The position numbers and the translations under genes are program-made. A stretch of DNA of 63,826 nucleotides, filler included, from Corallochytrium limacisporum Hawaii (lineage: Eukaryota > Protista > Pluriformea): NCBI GenBank assembly GCA_002811645.1. It is 5 parts of 5 records of this genome, joined end to end, with 100 filler letters (N's around TTAATTAATTAA, not from the genome) between each part and the next. Parts side by side here need not be neighbours in the genome. Positions count along the whole stretch, not along the records: positions 1 to 12,242 come from PDIP01000187.1; 4 more parts are not named here. One strand, 5' to 3'. Positions 1-10,436 of this stretch are shown in pieces; position 1 is the first letter of the stretch, and each line of letters opens with the position of its first letter. Under the pieces are notes generated by a model. The model did not search any database, had not been told where the DNA came from, and saw only the letters and a program-made list of their open reading frames with translations.

Positions 1-3000
1 CCCCTCCCCACGCGCCCCCCCCGCTCCTCCTCCACCGAACAGTTCTCCGCTGAACGGATTTATTGTCTTTTTGCTTCGTCGTCGTTTAGATTACTATGCC
101 ATTTTACAGTAGCCCTCGCTACAGTAGCTACAAGGGACTCACGGGATACCAGCTGTTCCCCCGGTTTCAACGGTTCTTCGGGTAGACCAACACTGCATTT
201 GATCGATTTCGGAACTTCCTCAAATCTCTACTTTGGCTGGTGAGTTTCATTATTTTTTTCTTCATCCTTCTCTATCCTCGCTTTCAGTGAGGGGTAGAAA
301 TGGTTCTGTTTGTGCTTTTCATTTGCCGCTTGCGTTTCGTTTACCCTGGTGTTTCCTTTTGGTAATTTTGGTAGCCCCCTTTCGTTGGAAAGGGAGCGCC
401 GCGTTGGCGTGTGGATAATCTCTTGTTCGGATCAGCTTCGAGTTCTCCCTGTTCCTAGCCCATCTCCCTATAGTAAAAATAGCATTCGTATGTCAACGAT
501 GTTAATTTCTTCTCGCATTAGGCCTGGATGACTACCTCATCAGCGATGACGCGCGTGCAAGAAGGTTCCCTGACAAGAGTACCTGACGAAGTAAGGTGTG
601 TCTTCGAGGTAGTCGCAGTTGAGCCATAGCATGTGTTAATATTAACTTGTTTAGTATGGCGCGAGAGCGTAGAAAGCAATTACATATCGGGAAGCAATAC
701 TCACGAACTCGACAGTGGGACATCGCCGACCCCTGCACTTCGAAACAATGTTCAGCCCGAGGGGGGGATGGAACGACGCCGGTTTCCGGCTCGGAATGTT
801 AGGAAGGTCCTTTCAAATTTTGATGGTCCTTCTTTTTTTGTGATTTTTTATCTCCGGCGCTATTCTTACTGAGAGGAGTGAGTGTGAATTCTACGTGACA
901 CTTTGTCTCTGGGTGTGTTCGTGTGGGAGGGGCAGTTTTCCGGGGGGGGTTAACGCAAAAAGGGAGACGGACTGGTGGTACCATACTCTTAGTTAATATT
1001 TTCTTATTTCGGTACAATACGAATCCAATAACGAACGGAGAGTTCGTGGTAGGCTATCTGCATAATGCCAACACAGTTGCAACACCCAAAATTCTATTCG
1101 AGCAACATTCCACAGTGTCTTTAACTGGCAAACCACAAACTTTATTGGGATATTTCAATACATTTAGTACACATTCTGAACCGTGCGGTTTGTGTGTGGG
1201 CGACCAAACCCGGTCGGAGCTATCGGATAAGAATTCAGGAAGGGAACGAGGGCGACCACACCGGAGAACCAGATGAAAAAGATACTAAAAAAATGTAAAC
1301 TAAAACTGCAGTCCCGTGATCAAACGTGGCACCAACGCAGGTCTTGCAGGGAAATGCAAACGACCAAGCACATCAAAATTTAGAGAGACATCACATGGGT
1401 CCATTGGGTATATCTATAGTGAATGTTCCTTGACCATGCTCAGAGTACACGTTGGAGTCCGAAATCAACCGAGTTCCCATGTGTCCCAAACGACGGAGCC
1501 CTCCTTCGAGTCTTCCAAAGTTCTCAGTTGGTTGGATATGGACTTTGACAGTCCTCACCCCCGGTCAAAGCACCTGCTCGCCGCCCCCCCCTCCCCCCCC
1601 TCCCTTCTTCTTCTCTCCCTTCCCTCCTTCCCTGGATCACGATAGTACTGTACATCCTCGTGAGTTCACCTGCGCAGTTTGGCGCTGTATGGAGAAGGGA
1701 GCCACAAGGGAAGGAATCGATGGCGGTGTGGCTTCCTAGCAAAGAAAAAATGGACAGCAAAGGAAAGGAAACTTTTGGCAGCCATGGAACCTGATCAGGG
1801 ATGTAAACTTTGCGCTTCACCTGCGCACTTCGCCCAAGCAGTTGCATTTGGAACGTCCATCGTGTGCTGTCACACGCCCCAATCAATATGCGGAATGTTT
1901 GCTCAGGCGGGTCCACACGTTGGTTCCTGTGGAGGTTTCGGCACACCTTTACGTTTCTTTGCCTGTTTTGAATGCTTTGGACAAGCCGTTTCCGAGTTGC
2001 GCTTGTCCTCGAATCGATCGTTTCGTCCACCCTTTTTCCCCGGTTCCCCGGTTTCTACGCCGTCTGTTGTGCTCGTCTTTCATACAGACCCGACTGACGC
2101 GTCCTTGGACTAACCTCTATTGCTCAAAACTGGAGGAAGACGAGAAGCTGCTTTTCAGATCCACTCCAAATGTGGGTCTCCTGAGATTTCGACTCTACAG
2201 TGGACAACGCAGTGGACAAAACGCCCACAGGGGAGGAGGGGGAGTCGTCTGAGCCTCGGTTTGTTGCTCTGCTTCGTTCGATACAGTTGAGAAACAATTG
2301 CTTAGGAGGGCCCCCGCAATCTGAAATTCACGGGGGCACTTGATGGAATTCTCCTGCATAAGAAGGATGGGGAAGGGGGGGGGTTTGTCCATAACGAAAA
2401 CCCCCAGCAGCAGCATTTACCTTGTTTCGCTGCTTCCCCTTAACCTTGGACGTACATGCAATCCTACTACGTCACAATTAGGTCGAGTGCTCGGGTGAGT
2501 GCCCTGGTCCGGGGAGTTCCACATGCAGTTCCAATTTACTTGAACAGAAGAATACTATCTGAAGATTTACTATCCGATTGGTTCGTGATGAGATGCACAT
2601 GACAATGATAAGTCCCCGAACGAATGACTCAGGCGTCTACCAACCTCAGTGTCTTGAGAAAAATTCCAACCATGGCTGCGGTGAAGGCTCAGATCACAAA
2701 CGTGGCGGTGATCCATTCATTACCTGTGAAGCAAAAAATGTTTCAAAAACTACAATGCAACACATCAACACTGTCTTTTCCCATGGCATCCGTGTTCTAT
2801 AAATCGATTCTCTTTCCTTGGTAGCTAGCATAATATCTTCTTCTTTCCCATGGCACCAAATTTCTATGCGCTTTTAGCATCTCCGAGCCGCAACTCTCGG
2901 AGATGGGCACATGAGGCGGTAGAGTCTGGGCAGTCGCTCACAAACCTGAAAGTGAGGCGGTTCCATGCGATTCTAGTAGTGAAGATGTGGCTGGAATGAT

Positions 3001-4590
3001 TCAGCTTTTCCTGTTGTGCTGCTGCTGGGTAGGCCTTGTCATCCACTATTTCTTTGAAAAAGAAATTGTATGTTCTCGTTGTGGTATTGGTGGTAGAGGG
3101 GCATAGATGCTACATGTCCAGATTTCTTATTTCTACTACTTTGGCGGCGGACCGAAGACCTGTATCCCTTCACCTCCTACCGAAAAAGTCCTCTTCATGT
3201 CTCGCCTCCTGTCCGACGTACCTTTCCTGTCCTTTGTTCGTGCGTTGTGCCCCGATGAAAATCGTAAGAAACCTCGCCCACTTCCGCTCCTTCCTGGGTT
3301 GCATATTTTCTACCAACAGCGGCTGCATTGGTGTATTCTTCATACCCAACGGACTGTTGCTGTCTCTCCCGGTGGGACCGCACCAAATTTCTTGATGCTA
3401 ATTCCGCTGGGGACAGTAGCGATATCACCGCGGCAAAAAATCGGCTTTGCAGTCCATCATTTCCTGGGGATCGGCCACACACATAACACACGCGCACCTT
3501 CCCCGCAGATCCCACAACCACTGCACGAAATTCTCGTGCTGCGGGGGTTCGACCACAAATCAGAGTCGAACATGTATCACATTGATCGGCGAGACATACA
3601 ATACACTAGCATCTGGTATTTTATGGGATTGTCATGGCAGGGGTCGAAGTGCTAGAAGATCCTTGACCATAGCATATGGAGGGGGAGCACACAGTCGGAA
3701 GGGTGTATCGCTTCCCCTCCCTACGACAGTCAAAAACGGCAAGTGTTGAAGCAGCGCATCAACAATCTTGATCCACAATATCAACGTTCACTCACCACAC
3801 ACCTACACTGTGACGAAGATCAAGAATTCTTAATCCTACCAGGCACTTCCTGGTGCTCGTATGGCGCTCAAGTCCAATGACTCCTAGAATCAATATCTTC
3901 ACTATACGTGCCACAGTGAAAGTATTGGCTTCTCTGAAATTTGAGCAGAATACTTTCAAGAAAGATTTTAAAGTATCAAGTATATTAAAATCGCTCTCAG
4001 TTTGGTGCTAGTGGTAGTGCCATTATTGTTCCTGCTGTGAAAACATCTAATCCTGGAACGAAGACAGTCGTGGACGTTCTGCCGACCCAATGACTACATA
4101 CACATCACACATGCCATTGAAAAGATCTTGCCATAGCATGTATCATCCACCGGCCATGGCGTATTCATGTTGAGATATCAGATAGTTTTGTGCTTCTTCG
4201 TGATAGCTTGTCTCTCATTGTCCCTGCAATCTTTGTGCCTTGGAAACTTGACGAGAACCAGAGAGCACGACGGAATGGTAGCGAGGTGAAGAAAACAAAA
4301 CTTAGCTCGAACAAACAGGGCAAATCCAAAAAAATAGAGAGGAGGAAATGAGCCACTGCCAATCCCCAAGCCCATCTCCCCTCTCGCTAAGGGAATCGCT
4401 CAGTCCCCATCACAATGTTCTGATGTTGAACTGAGTCTGACAAACAACGCTAAAGCACGAACCATTTGTCTTGCTATTTCCACAGATCAAATCTAAGCAC
4501 AACCATGTGTATACACTGAAGTTGTGCATATGAGAGAGGACAGCAAGAGTTCCTGCTGCCCCTGCACTCCCTAAGTATAGAGCCCTGACA

Positions 4591-7464
4591 ATGTCAGACG
4601 ATGCATCAAACTCTCCGGAGTTGACCGGTGATCAGCTCCGGAGGCGCTTCTCGCGTAGTCAGAGCTTCTTTCGGAAGCGATATATGAATGAGTACAACAA
4701 AAACAAAGTAGATTCCTTGAAGCGAGGACAAACAGTGCTAGACTTCCCGAGTGAAGAGCGGGACCGGTTGGTCAGGGACAACGAACGCAAAGAGAACTGG
4801 AAACGATGGGGGCCATATCTGAGTGAAAGGCAGTGGGGTACCGTCCGAGAGGACTACAGTGAGAACGGTGACACCTGGCATTCCTTCCCGCATGATCACG
4901 CTCGTTCTCGTGTCTACCGGTGGGGTGAGGATGGTCTTCTTGGCGTTTGCGACCGTCAATGTCGTGTGGCCTTCAGCCTGGCCCTTTGGAACGGTAATGA
5001 CAACATTCTGAAAGAACGGTTGTTCGGACTAACAGGCCCTCAGGGTAATCACGGCGAGGATGTCAAGGAATTGTATTACTACTTGGACAGCACTCCGACG
5101 CACTCATGGATGAAGGCTCTATACAAGTATCCGATGGCTGCCTACCCATATAAGGATCTAGTAGAAGAAAATGGACGACGCGATCGCCTGGCTCGGGAAT
5201 ACGAGCTGCAGGACACGGGCGTGCTTGACAAGGATCTCTACTTTGATGTGGAGATTCGGTACGCCAAAGAGACTCCAGACGATATCCTTATCGAGGTACA
5301 AGTTACAAACCGCAGCAAGGACACTGCCCACGATCTCCATATCATTCCCCAGGCCTGGTTTCGTAATACGTGGGTTTGGGGTATCGAGGATGAGGCTGGA
5401 ACCAAGCGCCCTTGCATGAAGGTCCTTGATAAGCAGGCTGGAGCAGGTCCGGTTATCGAGCTGTGGCAGAGCACCCTCGGTTACTACCAACTGGCTTACG
5501 ACAAGGCTTCCAACGGCGTCGAACCAGAGATCATCTTCACCAACAACGAAACCAACTTCAAGTCCCTCTACGGCGGTGACAACAAGTCACAGTACACCAA
5601 GGACGGTTTCCACGAGTATATTGTGAATGGGAAGAAAGAAGCAGTTAACCCAGATCGGGTGGGTACCAAGTGCGGCGTCTACTACAAATTGCAGCAAGTC
5701 CCTCCGGAAGAGACCGTGGTAATCCGCCTACGCCTAAGTGCCAAGGACGAAGCACCGGCTGCCGAACAGACCTTTGGAACAGACTTTGAGAACACTATTG
5801 AAACGCGCGAGTTTGAAGCGGATGAGTTCTACGCCAGTCGCTTTCCCAGGGACCTCCGAAGGAGCAGCCGCACCGTCGCTCGTCAGGCGTACGCGGGTCT
5901 GCTGTGGACCAAGCAGTTCTACTCTTATGACATCAACGTGTGGCTGGACGGTGATCCCCTGAGCGAGGTGAAGCCACCCGAGGCGCGGAAATCGGGGCGC
6001 AATGTGGATTGGCGCCATCTCTTCAACCGCGACGTCATAAGCATGCCAGACAAGTGGGAGTATCCGTGGTATGCAGCCTGGGATCTCGCCTTCCACATGA
6101 TTCCATTTGCTAAAATCGATCCCTTCTTCACGAAGAAGCAGCTAGTTCTTTTCCTTCGTGAGTGGTACATGCACCCGAACGGCGCCATTCCTGCTTATGA
6201 GTTCAACTTTGGCGATGTAAACCCTCCGGTGCATGCGTGGGCATGCTGGCGTGTGTACAAGATGACGGGTATGCGTGGTGATCGTGATATTGATTTCCTA
6301 AAGCGAGTTTTCCACAAGCTTATGCTGAACTTCACGTGGTGGGTTAACCGCACTGATCCTTTCGGAAAGAATCTGTTTGGGGGCGGTTTCCTTGGTCTGG
6401 ACAACATTGGAATCTTCGACCGCAGTAGTCCGCCTCCGAATGTGATGCTGGAGCAGGCGGATGGTACTGCATGGATGGCCTTCTTCTGCGTGACCATGCT
6501 CGACATGGCCATGGAACTTGCGGTAGAGGACCCCGCGTATGAAGACATTGCCACCAAATTCTTTGAACACTTCGTGGCCATTGCTCATGCTATGAATGAC
6601 GACCATGGGGGGTTGTGGAACGAGGAAGACGGGTTTTACTACGACCGCTTCTACCGACACGGGGAGACTGGCACGCTGAAGATCCGTTCCACCGTCGGAC
6701 TGATTCCTCTGTACGCATGCTTGGTGCTCGAGGACGACGTCATGCAGAAATTGCCGAACTTCACGAAGCGCATGCGCTGGTTCCTGAAATATAAGCCGAA
6801 GGAAGCTGCGGAGATCAGCTGCAACATCGGTCCCGAAAAGGACTTCTTCCATCTTCTTGCCATTCCAAGCCGCAAGAAGCTTGAACGGATCATCTCCTAC
6901 GTTGTTGATGAGAACGAATTTCTTTCTCCCTACGGCTTGCGGTCTCTGTCGAAGTATCACCAGGAGCATCCCTACCACTTCCCTCATGATGCCAACTACT
7001 CTGTTGGATACGTACCCGGTGAATCCAATACGGGAATGTTCGGTGGCAATTCCAACTGGCGCGGGCCAATCTGGTTCCCGGTCAATTACCTGCTCATCGA
7101 GGCTTTGGAACGGTACCACTACTACTTTGGTGATGACTTCAAGGTCGAGTGCCCGAAAGGTAGTGGCCAAATGATGAATCTGAAGGAGGTTAGCCAGGAG
7201 ATCGCCAAGCGCCTATCCAAGCTCTTCTTGCCGTCTGGGGAGGGCAACAAGCACCGTCCCGTGTACGCAGGCAATGAGTTCTATGACAAGCCAGAGAACC
7301 AGGAGCTGCTGCAGTTCTTTGAGTTCTTCCATGGGTGCTCGGGGGAAGGGCTGGGAGCTTCGCACCAGACTGGTTGGACCGCGCTGGTTGTGCGCTGCCT
7401 GGACAAATTCTCATCAGACGCGCCGCAGAGGATACCACGAAAGTCTAACGACAGTCTGGAATAA
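4591..7464 (+). CDS. GH63/MGH1-like (alpha/alpha)6 glycoside hydrolase (yeast YMR196W-like glucosidase family)
   Basis: 957-aa uninterrupted ORF with family motifs WKRWGPYLSERQWGTVREDYS, RSRVYRWGEDG, GNHGEDVKELYYYLDSTPTHS, SMPDKWEYPWYAAWDLAFH, GGFLGLDNIG, FGGNSNWRGPIWFPVNYL and GLGASHQTGWT. Confidence 0.9.
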   Translation: MSDDASNSPELTGDQLRRRFSRSQSFFRKRYMNEYNKNKVDSLKRGQTVLDFPSEERDRLVRDNERKENWKRWGPYLSERQWGTVREDYSENGDTWHSFPHDHARSRVYRWGEDGLLGVCDRQCRVAFSLALWNGNDNILKERLFGLTGPQGNHGEDVKELYYYLDSTPTHSWMKALYKYPMAAYPYKDLVEENGRRDRLAREYELQDTGVLDKDLYFDVEIRYAKETPDDILIEVQVTNRSKDTAHDLHIIPQAWFRNTWVWGIEDEAGTKRPCMKVLDKQAGAGPVIELWQSTLGYYQLAYDKASNGVEPEIIFTNNETNFKSLYGGDNKSQYTKDGFHEYIVNGKKEAVNPDRVGTKCGVYYKLQQVPPEETVVIRLRLSAKDEAPAAEQTFGTDFENTIETREFEADEFYASRFPRDLRRSSRTVARQAYAGLLWTKQFYSYDINVWLDGDPLSEVKPPEARKSGRNVDWRHLFNRDVISMPDKWEYPWYAAWDLAFHMIPFAKIDPFFTKKQLVLFLREWYMHPNGAIPAYEFNFGDVNPPVHAWACWRVYKMTGMRGDRDIDFLKRVFHKLMLNFTWWVNRTDPFGKNLFGGGFLGLDNIGIFDRSSPPPNVMLEQADGTAWMAFFCVTMLDMAMELAVEDPAYEDIATKFFEHFVAIAHAMNDDHGGLWNEEDGFYYDRFYRHGETGTLKIRSTVGLIPLYACLVLEDDVMQKLPNFTKRMRWFLKYKPKEAAEISCNIGPEKDFFHLLAIPSRKKLERIISYVVDENEFLSPYGLRSLSKYHQEHPYHFPHDANYSVGYVPGESNTGMFGGNSNWRGPIWFPVNYLLIEALERYHYYFGDDFKVECPKGSGQMMNLKEVSQEIAKRLSKLFLPSGEGNKHRPVYAGNEFYDKPENQELLQFFEFFHGCSGEGLGASHQTGWTALVVRCLDKFSSDAPQRIPRKSNDSLE

Positions 7465-7529
7465 GGAAATATTGGAAAATTAAAACGTTATAGTTTCTTT
7501 ACATCATCCTTCATTTGACTGTACTTACC

Positions 7530-7790
7530 GTTGGTGTTCGCGCGTGTGACCCCTCTCCCCCCCCCCCCAAGCGCCCGCCAACTTGCGCACCCCCAGCAAC
7601 AGCCACCCTCCTGCCGTCCCTACGCTGCTATTTCTTGGGGTTGGACCGGCGACGGGACTGAGAACCACAGCGGCGTGCGAGCAGGAGAAGGGGCCGGGGT
7701 CTTTGGGGAGCGTGTGCAGTGTGAGTTGGGGGTCCGCACGAAGCGTGTTACTTCCCAGCCCTCTTTCGAACTCCCAGTTCAAAAAACACT
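7530..7790. promoter_or_regulatory. GC-rich, C/G-tract island upstream of the LRR-PAQR gene
   Basis: Sharp composition change between tandem genes; the same island type precedes most 5' ends. Confidence 0.5.
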
Positions 7791-7992
7791 AGGTAAAGCT
7801 GAGAGATCGTGGGCTACGATGGGATGCCTAAGCAGTGTTGTGAAATGTTCTGTACGTGAGTGTAGAATTAATCTGATTGTTGTGCAAAGCGGTATTTGGT
7901 ACACAATTGTTATCAACGGAGAACAAATAGTGTGGGTCGTATCATCATGACGGATTCAATGAAACGTCCGTCGGGTTAAGGTACAGTAAACC

Positions 7993-9363
7993 ATGACAAG
8001 ATCAAGAACACCTAGTAGGACTCGCGACTACGAAATTGAGGGAGTGGAGGTCAGTAAAGAGTTTGAACGGTATGCGGATCTATGCGAAGCTCTCGGTGCA
8101 GCCATAAGCCCAAGTGTGGCTATTGTCCTGAACAATCTAGACATTACTAATCATTTGCATGTAGACAGCACTACCTTCAAAGGCGAAGCAGACATTCTTG
8201 CCCTGGGAGAATATTTGAGAGAGGACAAACACATAACATCACTCGATTTCAGCCACTGTCGTCTGAACTCCAATGGCGTCCTGGTGCTGAGTAAGGTGAT
8301 CGCACGCAATCCAAACATTCGGACGATCAAACTGTGGAATTGTAATATCGGAGCGCACGGTGGCAAGTATCTGGGAGATGCACTGGCTACAAACACCAGG
8401 CTTGAATCACTGTTCCTGCGAGACAACATGCTCGGCCCTCAAGGGGCTGTGGACCTGGCCAACGGTATTCTGAAGCAGCCGAAGAGCAAGTTAGTTGATC
8501 TCGACATCTCAAACAACAACATCGGCGTTGTAGGCGTGAATGCGATGGACAAGATCGTTGACATGCGCAAGCAGACGGGAGGCAAGCCTATTCTCATCAA
8601 TTGCAACGGTAGCCACTTGTTCGAGGAGGTGGTAAACTCATTAACCCATGGCGTTGGCATTCTCCTCTCGATTGTCGGAGGCTATATCTTATTGGTCGAG
8701 GCCTACGAGAATCATTCAACCGACTACTACATCGCATGCTGGGTCTTTGTGCTGAGTTTACTAGTGCTGTACACAGCCTCTACCCTGGCACACAGTTTCT
8801 TCCGCTTCGAAGTGACGGGCAATATCTTCGTAACAATGGATCACTGTGCTATTTACATCCTCATTGCGGGCAGTTACACCCCATTCGCGATCACCACATT
8901 GGGCCACCACTTTGTCGGAATTATGCTGTGTGTTGTGGTGTGGGTACTAGCTGCGATTGGAGTCAGTCTATCAGTGTTTGGAGGGCCTGAAGTGAAGACT
9001 CTGCGGCTGCTGCTGACTCTGGGCATGGGTTGGATGATTCTGCCTGTGCTGGATCTTGTCTCGCAGTGTCTGAGCTACGATGGTCTCTTCTTGCTCGGTC
9101 TCGGGGGTGCATTCTACACTTTCGGTGTGTACTTTTACATCAAAGGCAACAATCGTCCAATTCTGCACGCCATATGGCACCTTGCAGTACTCGGTGGCAG
9201 CATTTGTCACTACCTATGCATTCTATGGTACGTCAGGCCCTGTCACATTGACTATGAGACACGCTTGGCTACAATCTACGAAACGATTGGTGATCGCTTG
9301 GCGGAAGGCCGTGCCTGGACTCAGGCAGAGTTGACCCAGCGCATGTTCACCGGCGGGGATTAA
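7993..9363 (+). CDS. Fusion of N-terminal RNI-like leucine-rich repeats with a C-terminal haemolysin-III/PAQR membrane domain
   Basis: LRRs (ITSLDFSHCRL, IRTIKLWNCNIG, LESLFLRDNMLG, LVDLDISNNNIG) followed in frame by HlyIII motifs EEVVNSLTHG, ASTLAH, DHCAIYILIAGSYTPF and HAIWH, with about 7 hydrophobic segments. Confidence 0.88.
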   Translation: MTRSRTPSRTRDYEIEGVEVSKEFERYADLCEALGAAISPSVAIVLNNLDITNHLHVDSTTFKGEADILALGEYLREDKHITSLDFSHCRLNSNGVLVLSKVIARNPNIRTIKLWNCNIGAHGGKYLGDALATNTRLESLFLRDNMLGPQGAVDLANGILKQPKSKLVDLDISNNNIGVVGVNAMDKIVDMRKQTGGKPILINCNGSHLFEEVVNSLTHGVGILLSIVGGYILLVEAYENHSTDYYIACWVFVLSLLVLYTASTLAHSFFRFEVTGNIFVTMDHCAIYILIAGSYTPFAITTLGHHFVGIMLCVVVWVLAAIGVSLSVFGGPEVKTLRLLLTLGMGWMILPVLDLVSQCLSYDGLFLLGLGGAFYTFGVYFYIKGNNRPILHAIWHLAVLGGSICHYLCILWYVRPCHIDYETRLATIYETIGDRLAEGRAWTQAELTQRMFTGGD

Positions 9364-9463
9364 ACAATAAGAAACTTATTCATTTTATGCAAAGGACACA
9401 ACCGAACAAGATATCTTGCAAAGCATAGTATGAGTGGCAAACAAAACAGTAGATCGCACGAGC

Positions 9464-10051
9464 CTAGGCGGGGATCTGTTCCTTTAGCACGACCATGGGA
9501 CCAGCAACTGCCTGGGCCTTCTCCTTACCCTCCAGCACCTCAGCAATCTTCAGAGCCCATTCAATGGCCGTTCCCGGGCCGCGGCTGGTGATCAGATTCT
9601 TGGAGTGCACAACTCTGTCCTGTAGGTACTTGTACTCGTCGCTAAGCACAGCTTCCACGCTAGGGTGCGAGGTCAATGCGTAGTCGGCATTATTGAAGAT
9701 GCCGTGGGCTTTCAGGACGGTTGGACCGGCACAGATTGCAGCAACCAAACCGTTCTTGCCTACCTGTTCCTTAATCACTGCGCCTACGTCCAGATTATCA
9801 CACAGGCGCTTGGCACCACCGGCACCTCCCGGAATGACCACCACATCCCAGTCGATTTTGCGGTCAACGGTAGTCTTCAGTGTCTCATCTGCCTTCACAG
9901 TAACGTGACGGCTACATTCGTATTCCAATTTGTCTCCTTCGGTGCCGGTCAGAGTGACCTCAACGCCTGCTCTGCGCAGAGTATCCACTGCAATGATCGT
10001 TTCCATTTCCTCAGCCCCGCTCGCGAGGAAAACCAACGCTCTCTTCGTCAT
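9464..10051 (-). CDS. PARK7: DJ-1/PfpI family deglycase/glyoxalase III
   Basis: MTKRALVFLASGAEEMETII, DVVVIPGGAGGA, AAICAGP (catalytic Cys) and ITSRGPGTA. Start placed at ATG 10051 by analogy to the DJ-1 N-terminus; an in-frame ATG at 10069 is the alternative. Confidence 0.92.
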   Translation of the reverse strand: MTKRALVFLASGAEEMETIIAVDTLRRAGVEVTLTGTEGDKLEYECSRHVTVKADETLKTTVDRKIDWDVVVIPGGAGGAKRLCDNLDVGAVIKEQVGKNGLVAAICAGPTVLKAHGIFNNADYALTSHPSVEAVLSDEYKYLQDRVVHSKNLITSRGPGTAIEWALKIAEVLEGKEKAQAVAGPMVVLKEQIPA

Positions 10052-10436
10052 CCTGCCCAATACACTCATAAAGTCAATAACTTCACGATCAACTTGAACA
10101 CATTGCGGCCATACATGGTGTATGTATATCTCAGTCCATCCATTCAAATACCAACGTAAATGCCAAAACACAGGAGTGTCGATCCAAGACCCTCCGAAAT
10201 CCTCCTCCCCCCCATTTTCCTTTCCTCTGCGTAAGGACGGGCATTGGAAGGGTGACGTGAAAAATAGCCACTGACCATAGGCACCGGGAGAGGTAGGAAA
10301 AGGCGGAACCAGCGGAGCTTACGCTCGAGTGCACAGTACACATTGATTTGGTCAGCGATGAATGATCGAGAAACAAAATACAAAAGTGGGATTTACTTGA
10401 TGTAGAGTTCCTTTAAAGGTCATGGATGCTGTACCT

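Noticed and set aside
7521-7700. U1 snRNA (GTACTTACC resembles the U1 5' end)
   Set aside because: No U1-70K or U1A loop motifs and no Sm site downstream
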